DNA from: Candidatus Eiseniibacteriota bacterium
GTDB taxonomy: Bacteria > Eisenbacteria > RBG-16-71-46
Direction: 5' to 3'
Assembly (NCBI GenBank): GCA_031366795.1
Contig: JANLOX010000245.1
Coordinates: 1,691 to 65,690 of the forward strand
DNA length: 64,000 bases
Numbering within the stretch: the first letter of the stretch is position 1; every line of letters starts with the position of its first letter. The notes under the pieces were generated by a model. That model was not told the origin of the DNA. It saw nothing but the letters and a program-made list of their open reading frames with translations, and did not search any database. Positions 10,091 through 19,895 of this stretch are shown one piece after another. Both the position numbers and the translations under genes were made by a program.

Positions 10091-10214
10091 GTGGGCCTCC
10101 TCCCTGGGGTGCCGGCCAAATCCTGTTGTCGAGCGTTATTCATTACATGTCTGAGGCGGCACCGCAACCGGCGCCGCCTCAGTCGCCCGTCTCGATCGTG
10201 TAATCGCGACCGTT

Positions 10215-13200
10215 TTAGTGCATCAGGAGCAGCTTCTTCTGCTGCACCACCCCGCCGGTCTTGAGCCGGTAGAAGTAGACCCCGCTCGACAGTCCGCCCG
10301 CGCTGAGCTCGACCCGGTAGCGTCCCGGAGCCTGCGTGGTATTGACGAGCGACTTGAGCTCACGGCCCTGAATGTCGAACAGGCTGAGTTCGACCTTCTG
10401 CGTCGAGGGAATCGAGTAGACGATGCCCGTCTTGCCGTGGAACGGATTGGGGAAATTCTGGGCCAGCGCGACCGCGCGGCCGCCGCTGCCGATCTGCTCG
10501 ACCGCGACCCGCACGGAGTCGGTGCCGCCGAACTGGTAGTAGCGCGCCGCCATCTCCTGCAGGTACTGGTTGGCGATGTCGAAGTCGCGCACGATCACGG
10601 TGTTCTCGTTGTTCGAGTTCTCCGCCGAGCTGGACCAGTTGTGCGAGCCCGTCAGCACCGCGGCGTTGTAGAGCGGGTTCTCGGCATCGACCACGCAGTA
10701 CTTGTGGTGCAGCAATCCGGCGCCACCATTCTTGACGTGGACATCGACGCCGGCGGTGATGAGCGCCGGGTACTCCGTTCCCGAGTCCGAGTTGTTGTCG
10801 AGATCGCCGCGGACTGCCACTCCGGCGTTGTGGCGCGAGATCAGCGCGGCGGAAATGTCCGAGCGCGTCAGCGTCAGCAGCTCGAAGCCCACCGAGTGCT
10901 GCGCCCCGTTGATCAGCGAGATGATCTTGCCGGTCACGTAGTCCGAGGGACTGAAGTAGCACTCGACCGGCTTGCCGCCAATCACGAAGAAGTGCGGCGT
11001 GTTGTCCTGCTTGCGGGCGCCGAAGCGCGAGACGCCTGAGTTCGGGGTGTCGGTGCTGCTCCCCCACATCTCGTTGAATTCGAGCGTGTAGGTGTTGGCG
11101 AGCGCCTGGTCCTGGATCTCGATCGAGTTCTGGTAGTCGTCGTTCGTGCCCGGGTCCGTGGGGTTCCACGAACCGGTCCACACCCAGGTGCTCTCGGGCG
11201 CTCCGCCGCGCGAGTCGACCGAGACGAACTTGTTATGCATCAGCCCTAGCCCGCCGTTGAGCGGGTCGAAGCGGTCGTTGATCAGTGGCACGCCGCCGGA
11301 CGTCAGCGCCGTGAAGCCGGAGGCCGTGCTGTTGTCGTACTCGCAGATCACCCGGACCTTGACGCCGCGGTTCTTGGCTGCCACCAGTGCGGCCGCGATG
11401 GCGTTGCCGGGGGTGCCGCTCAGGTTGTAGAACGACGCGTCGATTGAACGCTTGGCGTTGTCGAGACGCGGCAACAGTTGGGCGAGCAGGTCGGCATTAC
11501 CGTTCGCTGCATGCCACGCGGCGGCATTCGTCGTCACGCTCTTGTTGAAGTACGCGTTGATCGCCCCGCTCGACTGCGGCGGCGAGGCCGTGCTGAACAC
11601 GGCGACCGGCGAGAAGTTCGCGCCGAGCCCGTCGGCGGAACCCGCGCTGTAGTAGTACACGGTCGCCGGGGTCAGCCCCGTGACCGGCAGCGCGTGCGCG
11701 GTGGTGTTGGTGTTGTCCACTGCGCTGTCGCCCAGGGCTGGCGTCAGGCCATAGCGGACGACGCTCGTGGAGGACACGTCGGTGGTCCAATTGATCCGCA
11801 CGGACGTCGGGGTGATGTTGTCCTCGCGCGGCGTCGTCAGGATGACGGGACCCGCGTGCGGAATAATGTCATCAGGCGTGCGCGGCGAGATTTCGTAGTC
11901 GGCGGTGTACGGCGGCCCCGGGGCCGGGGTGCCGGGCTTGAACTGCTTGAGGATGCCGATGATGTCGAACTGCGACGGCGTGGGCGGGAACGTGGCCGGG
12001 ATGAACACGTTCGTCGTGCCGGAAGCGTCGGTAAGGGTCGAGGCCGCCGAGTTGTAAGTGACGCCATTGATGCGAATCAGCCGACCCTCGTTCGGCTCGG
12101 TAAAGTCGGGCTTGAACGTGGCGTTGACGCCGGCGCAGGTCACCAGCATTGGATCGGGCAACGGGCGCCCGGCGGCGTGTCGCACCAACTGGCTGAAATC
12201 GATGGTGAGTTCGAGCAGGCCGCGGAACTGGGTGACCGAGCCGGTCGCCGTGATGCTGTCCCCGGGCGCGAGCGTGATCGGCGCCAGCGCGGCATTGAAC
12301 AAGTCCACGCCGCCCGAGGCGTCCTGCACATAGACGTCGGTGCGCGTGTCATTCAGGTTCGCGGTGACGATGCCGGTGACGCTGGCTTCCGCTCCGACTG
12401 CGTAGGGCGCGGCGCACACGCCCGAGGCGTTGTTGACGTGGAGCGACACGATCGGCACGAGATCGAGCACGCGGATGCTCGGCTGCTTGAGGATCGAAAC
12501 GAGCGTGCCGGCAGCGACGGCGGTGCGCGTGGTGAAGGTCGTGCCCCCCTTGGTGGCGGGCGTGGTCAGGTTTGCGATGGTCACGGTGCCGCTGTCGACG
12601 GCCGTGACTGCCGCGTTGTTCACGAAGATCGAGTCGCCGAGCAGGGAGACCGAGGCGCTGGCGAACGCCGTTCCCGCCAGGCTCACGTCACCGACGGTGT
12701 GCGACCAGGTCCACGATGATGGAACGAGGATGGCGACCTTGGTCAGCGTGTAAGCGGAGTCCTGCCCCACCGAGAGGGTGATCGCGCTGAGCGAACGGTT
12801 GGTGTACACGACCGTCGGCGAGATTCGTGCGAGGCCCGTGCCATTACCCCCCGCGGCGAGCGGCGGTTCGATTGGGCTCGAGGCGTTCTGCGGGTTGCGG
12901 CTGTGCGTCTGCAGCACGAAGTCGCTGCCATTGACGTCGGTGTCCTGGCCATTGCCCGCGAGGGCGTGCAGTCCGCCGGTAAACATCGAGTCCGCGGTCG
13001 AGGTCGCGAAGGCTTTGCGCTCGACGCTGTTGCTGGTGGTGCTGGTGCCGACCGACGGGGCGTCGCTACCCCCTTCGGGGCTGACGGCCGTGCCGTAGCC
13101 GACCTTGTCCACCTGCGCAGAGCTGGCGTCGAGAATGCGCAGATGGGCGTTGTCGGATAGACCGACGGTCCAGCTCGCCGCGTTGTAGTCAGGCGCCGCA

Positions 13201-13526
13201 GCACCGGTGTACACGGTTTGGTTCGCGATCAAGAAATAGCCGTGCGGCGCGATGACGGTGTTCGAGGGCAGCGTGGCGCGGTCGCTCCACGTGGTGCCAC
13301 TGCTGCCCGAGGAGTACTGCAGCTTCCAACCCGAGATATCCACCTGCACATTCGTCGGGTTGTACCACTCGCAGAATTCATCGAACGCGCCCGCCGGTCC
13401 GCGCGAGGCGAATTCCGAGATCACGACGTGATTGGCGGCCGCGTGCGCCGTGGGCACCGCCGTCGCGGCGAGCCCAAGGCCAATCAGGGCCATGGAGAGA
13501 ATGAGCAATCGGGGCAAACAACGCAT
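10215..13526 (-). CDS. secreted phospholipase D/HKD-family enzyme with N-terminal lamin-tail domain, FN3-like domain and T9SS-type C-terminal sorting domain
   Basis: Signal peptide; LTD-like block (NHVVISEF...GWKLQY...GYFLIAN). Two HxKxxxxD motifs (MHNKFVSVD...TGSWNPT and LHHKYCVVD...TGSHNWS). Tail NFPNPFHGKTGIVYSI...GVYFYRLKTGG. GGAG Shine-Dalgarno. Confidence 0.8.
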   Translation of the reverse strand: MRCLPRLLILSMALIGLGLAATAVPTAHAAANHVVISEFASRGPAGAFDEFCEWYNPTNVQVDISGWKLQYSSGSSGTTWSDRATLPSNTVIAPHGYFLIANQTVYTGAAAPDYNAASWTVGLSDNAHLRILDASSAQVDKVGYGTAVSPEGGSDAPSVGTSTTSNSVERKAFATSTADSMFTGGLHALAGNGQDTDVNGSDFVLQTHSRNPQNASSPIEPPLAAGGNGTGLARISPTVVYTNRSLSAITLSVGQDSAYTLTKVAILVPSSWTWSHTVGDVSLAGTAFASASVSLLGDSIFVNNAAVTAVDSGTVTIANLTTPATKGGTTFTTRTAVAAGTLVSILKQPSIRVLDLVPIVSLHVNNASGVCAAPYAVGAEASVTGIVTANLNDTRTDVYVQDASGGVDLFNAALAPITLAPGDSITATGSVTQFRGLLELTIDFSQLVRHAAGRPLPDPMLVTCAGVNATFKPDFTEPNEGRLIRINGVTYNSAASTLTDASGTTNVFIPATFPPTPSQFDIIGILKQFKPGTPAPGPPYTADYEISPRTPDDIIPHAGPVILTTPREDNITPTSVRINWTTDVSSTSVVRYGLTPALGDSAVDNTNTTAHALPVTGLTPATVYYYSAGSADGLGANFSPVAVFSTASPPQSSGAINAYFNKSVTTNAAAWHAANGNADLLAQLLPRLDNAKRSIDASFYNLSGTPGNAIAAALVAAKNRGVKVRVICEYDNSTASGFTALTSGGVPLINDRFDPLNGGLGLMHNKFVSVDSRGGAPESTWVWTGSWNPTDPGTNDDYQNSIEIQDQALANTYTLEFNEMWGSSTDTPNSGVSRFGARKQDNTPHFFVIGGKPVECYFSPSDYVTGKIISLINGAQHSVGFELLTLTRSDISAALISRHNAGVAVRGDLDNNSDSGTEYPALITAGVDVHVKNGGAGLLHHKYCVVDAENPLYNAAVLTGSHNWSSSAENSNNENTVIVRDFDIANQYLQEMAARYYQFGGTDSVRVAVEQIGSGGRAVALAQNFPNPFHGKTGIVYSIPSTQKVELSLFDIQGRELKSLVNTTQAPGRYRVELSAGGLSSGVYFYRLKTGGVVQQKKLLLMH

Positions 13527-13663
13527 GGGAACTCCAGGTCGGTAGGGTAGTGATTTGCCCGGTTTGGGGTCGCCGGCTCGCCCTACAAGGGTATCACGCC
13601 CAGCTTGCGGCCCGGTAGACTTGGCTGCGCCCCGGCGGCTGCGCTGAGGGGGCTGGTGTTTGG

Positions 13664-15496
13664 CTATTTACCCAGCAGATGGAGCACGCCGACCGACATC
13701 TGCGGGAAGTACGTGATCAGCAGCACGCCTATCCCTAAGATGATCACGAACGGCACCACATGTTTGTACAGTTCAGGCAGCGGCCGATTGAAGCGGGATG
13801 AGGCTAGGAATAGGTTGAGCCCGGCCGGCGGGAACAGGAATCCCAGCTCGAGATTCGCGAGGAAGATGACGCCCAGGTGAACGGGATCGATGCCGAAGGC
13901 GGCGCCGATCGGAGCGACCAGCGGCGCCAAAATGATGATCGCCGAGTAGATCTCGAGCACGCTGCCCAGCACGAGCAGCACGACGTTCAGCACCAACAGG
14001 AAGATGTAGGGCGAATGGATGTGCGTCTTCACGGCCGTCAGCAGCGCGTCCGGGATCTGCGCGTCGACGAGCCAGCTGGTGAGCCCGAGCGCGCAGGCGA
14101 GCAGCAGCAGTACCGCCCCACACAGCACGCTCGCCTTGATCAGCACGTTCGGCAGGTCGCGCACCGGGTGGATGTCGCGCGTGATGAAGCACTCGACGAT
14201 GATGGCGTAGCCGAACGCAACCGCCGCGGCTTCCACCATGGTGGCGAGCCCGGTGATAAACAGCGCCACGACGAGGATAGGCACCGACAGTTCCCACTTG
14301 GCGGCCCACCCCGCGGCCAGCGCCTCGCGGAGCGAGAACGCCTGGCGGCGTGACTTCACCTTGCGCCCGATGTGAATGCCGTACAGCGCCACGAGCACGA
14401 CGAGCAACAACCCCGGCACGAGCCCCGCGAGGTAGAGCGAATCCGCCGGCACCTTGGCCACGATGGAATAAAGAATGACCGGAAGGCTGGGCGGGAACAG
14501 TAGCCCGAGGCTACCGGCGGCGGTCACCAGTCCGAGCGAGAAGCCATCGGGATAGCCGTCATCCGCGAGGATCGAATACAGCAGCGCTCCCAGCGCCATG
14601 ATCGTGACGCCCGAGCCACCCGTGAAGGTGGTGAACAGCGCGCACACCGCGGCCACCAGCACGGCGACGCCGCCGGGCATCCAACCGAACAGCGAGCGGA
14701 AGAACCGCACCAGGCGGCGTGATGCCTGCGACTCGGCCATGACGTAGCCGCACGCCGTGAGCAGCGGCACGGCCGGCAGCGTCGGCGACACCATCAGGCG
14801 GTAGATGTCCGCTGTGACCGCCGAGACCGGAACGCCATCGCGGAAGAACAGCACGAGCGCCACGCCGCCCATCGCGACGAACACGGGTGCGCCGACGAGC
14901 GCGGCCAAGAGGATCACGGCGAGCAGAGGCCAGGCGAGCGAGTGCCCGAGTGCGGGCACCAGCCCGAGGGCGAAGGCCACGCCGATGGCGCCGAAGGAGA
15001 TGGCGCGGCCCCTCCAGTGGTCTGCCGCCCCCCACGCCAGCCGCACGGCGATCAGGGCAAGCGCCAGCGGCATGACGCTCTCGCTGACCCACGCGGGGAG
15101 TCCGATGGTGAGGACGTCGCCTTGCGTGCGATCCGCAGCGACCACGCCATACGCCGAATAGGCCAGCACGGCGCAGACCGCTGCGGCGACCGATGACGAG
15201 AACAACCGCGCCGCGTTGCGCACGCTGACCTTGCCGATGGCTTCGGCGGTCGACAGCGTCAGGTGCTTGCCCTCGCCCGCCGCCAGCAGGCCGCCGAGGA
15301 ATGAAAGCCACAGCGTCAACTGGGCACGGTAGGCCGCGGAGCCGGGGACGCTGAAGCCGCCGAGTGGGCGGCCGAAGGCGTCGATCAGCGGCAGCACCAT
15401 GGAGACGAGAAACGCGAACACCAGCACCCCTCCCTCGACACTACGAAGGGCGGTGCCGATGCGTCCGCGTTGGGGCTGTATGGTGTCGTCGTGCAT
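13664..15496 (-). CDS. TRAP transporter fused (DctQ-DctM type) permease
   Basis: ~16 TM helices. DctM hallmark GIDPVHLGVIF...LGFLFPPAGLNLF. ATG 15496 chosen. Confidence 0.65.
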   Translation of the reverse strand: MHDDTIQPQRGRIGTALRSVEGGVLVFAFLVSMVLPLIDAFGRPLGGFSVPGSAAYRAQLTLWLSFLGGLLAAGEGKHLTLSTAEAIGKVSVRNAARLFSSSVAAAVCAVLAYSAYGVVAADRTQGDVLTIGLPAWVSESVMPLALALIAVRLAWGAADHWRGRAISFGAIGVAFALGLVPALGHSLAWPLLAVILLAALVGAPVFVAMGGVALVLFFRDGVPVSAVTADIYRLMVSPTLPAVPLLTACGYVMAESQASRRLVRFFRSLFGWMPGGVAVLVAAVCALFTTFTGGSGVTIMALGALLYSILADDGYPDGFSLGLVTAAGSLGLLFPPSLPVILYSIVAKVPADSLYLAGLVPGLLLVVLVALYGIHIGRKVKSRRQAFSLREALAAGWAAKWELSVPILVVALFITGLATMVEAAAVAFGYAIIVECFITRDIHPVRDLPNVLIKASVLCGAVLLLLACALGLTSWLVDAQIPDALLTAVKTHIHSPYIFLLVLNVVLLVLGSVLEIYSAIIILAPLVAPIGAAFGIDPVHLGVIFLANLELGFLFPPAGLNLFLASSRFNRPLPELYKHVVPFVIILGIGVLLITYFPQMSVGVLHLLGK

Positions 15497-15638
15497 GAGC
15501 GGCGGCAGGTTAGCATTAAGTTCGCGGCGATGCAGGCGTTGCGGCCGGTACGCGAAGGTCACACGCTTAGCGCGTGACGCCCTCGGGTAGGATGTTGACG
15601 TCGCGCCGCGTGAGTGAACCTTCAGCAGCGGAGGTCCT

Positions 15639-16237
15639 GTGTCGATCCGCCCCGTCAGACGAATGATCGAAGCCCAGCCCACCGTCGAAGGGGCTGGCGT
15701 GAAGCTGCGCCGCGCGTTTGGTTTTGGCGAAACGGATGACACCGATCCGTTCCTGCTGTTCGACGACTTTCGCAACGATGATCCGAACGACTATCGCGCC
15801 GGGTTCCCGTGGCATCCGCACCGCGGCATCCTCCACCAGGAAATGTCGCAGGGCGACGCGCAGGGTCACATGCACGGCTTCCCGCTGTGGGCGAACCTTC
15901 CCTCCTCCTTGAAGCCGACCATGCCGCGCAACCAGGATGTGGGCGCGCGCGCGACATCCCCGACATCCCCGACGACCCACGCGGCGTGCCCGTCGAGCAG
16001 CTCGGTCCTGTCGAAATCGTGAAGCGCGAACAGGCGATCGACCGCTCCCTGGTGCTGTTCGATGCCGGCGACGAGGTCGTCGTCCAGGCGGGCGAACAGG
16101 GCATCCGCTTCCTGCTGGTGTCGGGGCGCCCCATCGAGGAGCCGGTGGCGTGGTATGGCCCGATCGTGATGAATACGCAGAGCGAATTGCGCCAGGCGAT
16201 TTCAGAATTGCGCTCCGGGACGTTCATCAAGGAATGA
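15639..16237 (+). pseudogene. pirin-family cupin remnant (internal in-frame deletion, frameshift at a (GC)5 run, 9-bp tandem duplication)
   Basis: Frame 0: RPV..VEGAGV.LRRAFG...DPFLLFDDF...GFPWHPHRGI, then a jump to GFPLWANLP (about 35 residues missing). Frame 2: PIEEPVAWYGPIVMNTQSELRQAISELRSGTF is the pirin C-terminus. Confidence 0.5.
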
Positions 16238-16800
16238 GCCTCGCGTTTCCATCCGTGTTTCCGGTGCTCGTGACGCCGCGGCTCGTGCTGCGCCGGATCG
16301 AGGAGCGCGACCGCGAAGCGATCTTCAGGATGTTCGGCAACCCTGAGGCGATGCGATTCTGGAGCGCGCCTGCGTGGACGCGGCCGGAGCTGGCCGCGGC
16401 GTGGATCGAGCGAGTCCACGCCGCGTTCGAGGCGCGTGAGGCGATCCGTTGGGCAATCGTACGCCGCGAGAGCGATAACTTCGTGGGCACCTGCACGTTC
16501 TTCAACATCGACCCCCAGAACCGGCGCGCGGAGGTCGGCTACATCCTTGATCGGGCCGCGTGGGGCCAGGGTGTCATGCGCGAGGCCCTGACCGCGATGC
16601 TGGAGTATGGCTTTAGGGCAGTCGGCTTGCACCGTATCGAAGCCGACATCGATCCGCGCAATGCCGCCTCAGTGCGTACGCTGGAACATTTCGGCTTCGC
16701 CCGGGAAGGCCTGTTCCGCGAACGCTGGCGGGTCGGCGACGAGATTACCGATTCGTTGATGATGGGATTGTTGGCGCGCGAGTGGCTGTCGCACGCGTGA
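16234..16800 (+). CDS. GNAT family N-acetyltransferase (RimJ/RimL-like)
   Basis: 188 aa, intact Acetyltransf_3-like fold motifs. ATG overlaps the stop of the pirin remnant (ATGA). Confidence 0.8.
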   Translation: MSLAFPSVFPVLVTPRLVLRRIEERDREAIFRMFGNPEAMRFWSAPAWTRPELAAAWIERVHAAFEAREAIRWAIVRRESDNFVGTCTFFNIDPQNRRAEVGYILDRAAWGQGVMREALTAMLEYGFRAVGLHRIEADIDPRNAASVRTLEHFGFAREGLFRERWRVGDEITDSLMMGLLAREWLSHA

Positions 16801-16867
16801 AGCGCATGCGCGCGCGTCGCAGGCTGCCGGATCGCGTTCCCAGGCCGCGCTGCGTGACCAGCTCGAA

Positions 16868-18187
16868 TTAACTTCCCGAGACGGTCAACCCCTCGAAGCG
16901 CACCGCCGCGGGGCCGAGGTAATCGCCACGGAATACTACTTCTTTGGAGTAGTGCGCCGTGCCCAGCGCGCTGAACACATTGCCGCTCACGGTGCCGCCC
17001 TTGATCGGGGTGATAACGCCCCTGTTGTAGAGCGTGCCCACGCGGATCTCGCTGGCGAACGCGCCGCGCGCATTATCCGGGGTCAGCCACGAAAACGATT
17101 GCACGTACAGCACCGGGCCATCGTGCGACAGTAGCTCGGCGAGCGGTGTCTTACCGGCGGGAAGTTCCCAGTTGGCGAAGCCGCCCGTGGGCTCGACCTT
17201 GAGATAGTCGGCGTACTGCTTCGTCGTCACTGGGCGGTTGAACACGCCGTCCTTGATGACCTCGATGCGCTGCCCGGGGACACCGTTGCCGTCGAACGCG
17301 TAGCTGGCCAGCCCAAATGGCATCAGGGCATTGGACACGACATTGAAGGGTTCGCCCCCTGTGGTGTCGATCGGCAGCGGCTTGCCCTGCTCAAACCGCG
17401 AGGACTTCTGGTAGAGCGATTCCGCCAAAGCATTGTTCTGCACCGGCGAGAGCAAGCCGGTCAACTCCGACGCATCGATCACCACCGCGAACTTGCCGGA
17501 CGGCGGCGCCTGGGCGCGCGTCAGCGCATGAGCCTCATCGGCGGCGCGTCCCACCAGGTTGGCGACGTCGAGATCCGCGATGCGCCGGCGTTCATCCCAT
17601 GAGTAGCGTTCCGATGCTTTGGTGCCATCGGCCAGCAGCAGCGTCAGCAGGGACACCCGCGTGGAACGCGAGTGCGCGAGCAGCCCCGCGGAATTCTCGA
17701 GTGTCTGTTCAGCCTCGCCGCAGAATAATTCCATCGATGAGGGCCGCACTTCGCCGCCGTGCTGCTTGACTGCGTTGCGCCAGGCATCTGCGAGCTGCGC
17801 CGACGTTTCCGCCACGGCATTACTCCCGAGCGCCGGATCGTAGGTGTCCAGCAGCGGAAAGGTGGCGGCACCCGGGAGGCTCCAGGGGTTGACGCCGCCG
17901 AGTCCGGCCATGAAGACGGCGTCGTCGACGCGGCGGTCGAGCTGCAGCACATCGTCCTCGCGGAAGGTCAGGCTCGAGCTGCCGAGCTTGTCACGGTGCT
18001 GGACGAACACGGTCGCGACCACCGTCTCGCCGCTCACCTGCCGCTGCGATTCCAGCTGGGTCTTGACGAGGTAGGTCTGCAGGCCTGCCTGCGAGGTGCG
18101 CGCGAGCTGCCATGCGGCGATGCCCTTGTGCTTCGCGAGTGCAACGCGCGCCGCATCGGCCAACCGGGAACGTGAGGAGATGGTCAT
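16868..18187 (-). CDS. TldD/PmbA-family metalloprotease partner (PmbA/TldE-like)
   Basis: PmbA_TldD-family conservation across the length. Start ATG overlaps the tldD stop (ATGA). Confidence 0.7.
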   Translation of the reverse strand: MTISSRSRLADAARVALAKHKGIAAWQLARTSQAGLQTYLVKTQLESQRQVSGETVVATVFVQHRDKLGSSSLTFREDDVLQLDRRVDDAVFMAGLGGVNPWSLPGAATFPLLDTYDPALGSNAVAETSAQLADAWRNAVKQHGGEVRPSSMELFCGEAEQTLENSAGLLAHSRSTRVSLLTLLLADGTKASERYSWDERRRIADLDVANLVGRAADEAHALTRAQAPPSGKFAVVIDASELTGLLSPVQNNALAESLYQKSSRFEQGKPLPIDTTGGEPFNVVSNALMPFGLASYAFDGNGVPGQRIEVIKDGVFNRPVTTKQYADYLKVEPTGGFANWELPAGKTPLAELLSHDGPVLYVQSFSWLTPDNARGAFASEIRVGTLYNRGVITPIKGGTVSGNVFSALGTAHYSKEVVFRGDYLGPAAVRFEGLTVSGS

Positions 18188-19725
18188 GACACCTTCGCCT
18201 TGGTGCGCAGGTGGGGTCCGCCGCTGGTGACCGCGACGAATTCCTTGAAGCCCTTGCCGCACGAGCCGGGTTCGAGCGCGAAGTCATTGCCGACCATGGT
18301 GATGTTGCCGAGGATCTCGGGAACGTAGCCGGTGATCGTCGGTGGTGCGAAGATGCGGCCGGTGAACTTGCCGTTCTTGACCTCGCGCGCCGTGCCCGCG
18401 GTGAACTGGATGCCCCACCCCTGCGGGTCCTCGATGCCGTTGCGAAAGCCCTCGAGATAGAGACCGTCCTTCAGGCTGTCGAGCATTTCCTGCGGATCGC
18501 TGGTGCCGCGCGCGAAGAATGTGTTCGACATGCGCGCATAGACCTTGCGGTCCCAGCTCTGGGTGCGGCCATTCGGGGTGCGCGAGGTGCGAAGGAACGT
18601 CGCGGACATCAGGTCCGTCAGTGGTTGCACGAAGATGCCATCCTTGATGATGGTCGTGGGCTGGGCCGTGGCGCCTTCATCGTCAAACGCGTACGAACCG
18701 CGCGCGCCCGCGAACGAGGGGTCGTCGAGCAGCGTCACCAGTTTGGAGGCCACCGGCTTGTTGAGGAACTCGCGCGACTTGGCGCGGTCCTTCACGAACT
18801 GGTCCATCTCGACGCCGTGGCCGAAGCTCTCGTGCGCCAGCAATCCCGAGACCTCGGGAGCGAACACCACTTCGTACTCGCCTGCCGGCACGGGCTCGGC
18901 GGTGAGCGACTCGACGAAGTCCTTGCGCAGCTTCTCGATGTCCGTGTCGTTCAAGTGAGCGAGTTCGAGTCCCGCCTGTCCGACGTGGCGGCGAAAGCCG
19001 AAGCCGGGCTTGCCTTTGTCGAAGCCAAACATGAACCCGGTGTGCGCCACCATGGTGCTGACGCTAGCCAGCCGGCGCGTGCGGTCCACGAATACCCGTT
19101 GCGTCTCGGTGACGTCGGTCGAGACGCGCACACCGCGGACGCGGGGATCATCCCAGTTGCAGCGGTCGAATTCCTGGTCGAGCAGGGCCGCGCGGTCCTT
19201 CAGCGGGAGCGCTGCAGGGTCGCGTTCCATCGCGGTATGCCACGTCTGCTGCAATTGCGGGAGCCGCTCGATCCGGTAGCGGTCGGCGGCACGCGGAACC
19301 GAGCGCTTGAGCGCCGCGGCGGCGGCGTGCAAGGCCTGCGGCGAGGTGCTGCCCACGGCGGTCTCGTGAAACGCCCCACCATCGAAGATGCGAATCGAGG
19401 CACCCAACGTAGGTGTACCGGCCTCGCTGACGCGCTTGCCCTTGCGGTCGCGGCTGATCGAAACGCCGCCCGTCGCGATGAACAGCGCCGAGGCGTATGG
19501 GAACTTCGTCTCGAGGTCAGCGACGATGGCGGACAACTCGTCGAGCAGGCCCCCGGGGAATCCAGGGCCCGTTGCGGGGTGGTGCGGAATAGCAGTCGTG
19601 CGATGTGGCATCGAACCCGCGCGGGTGGCGGCGCGCAGCGAGTCGGCGAATGACGACGCGACCACGGCGCCTGCCAACGAGGCGCCGCCTCGGATCAGGA
19701 ACTGCCTGCGGTTCATGGCGGCCAT
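18184..19725 (-). CDS. tldD: TldD-family zinc metalloprotease with twin-arginine (Tat) signal peptide
   Basis: MNRRQFLIRGGASLAGAVVA Tat motif; HESFGHGVE metal-binding motif. Confidence 0.75.
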   Translation of the reverse strand: MAAMNRRQFLIRGGASLAGAVVASSFADSLRAATRAGSMPHRTTAIPHHPATGPGFPGGLLDELSAIVADLETKFPYASALFIATGGVSISRDRKGKRVSEAGTPTLGASIRIFDGGAFHETAVGSTSPQALHAAAAALKRSVPRAADRYRIERLPQLQQTWHTAMERDPAALPLKDRAALLDQEFDRCNWDDPRVRGVRVSTDVTETQRVFVDRTRRLASVSTMVAHTGFMFGFDKGKPGFGFRRHVGQAGLELAHLNDTDIEKLRKDFVESLTAEPVPAGEYEVVFAPEVSGLLAHESFGHGVEMDQFVKDRAKSREFLNKPVASKLVTLLDDPSFAGARGSYAFDDEGATAQPTTIIKDGIFVQPLTDLMSATFLRTSRTPNGRTQSWDRKVYARMSNTFFARGTSDPQEMLDSLKDGLYLEGFRNGIEDPQGWGIQFTAGTAREVKNGKFTGRIFAPPTITGYVPEILGNITMVGNDFALEPGSCGKGFKEFVAVTSGGPHLRTKAKVS

Positions 19726-19895
19726 GAGAGGCACACTAGGACCATCCGCGCTAGGAATCCACGCGAATGTGTGCGCGATGCGCGCCCTCGTGACGAACGC
19801 CGAATTCACGGGGACGACCGCGAGTGTGCGCGGGGGTTTGGGGCACCAAGCGCCGCGACGCGCCGGCCTGCGGTTCGAGTGGTGCGCGCAACCCC

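Noticed and set aside
15655-16632. 325-aa ORF on the minus strand
   Set aside because: Antisense to the pirin remnant and the intact GNAT gene. It has an Arg/Ser/Pro-rich, low-complexity composition typical of wrong-frame ORFs in high-GC DNA.
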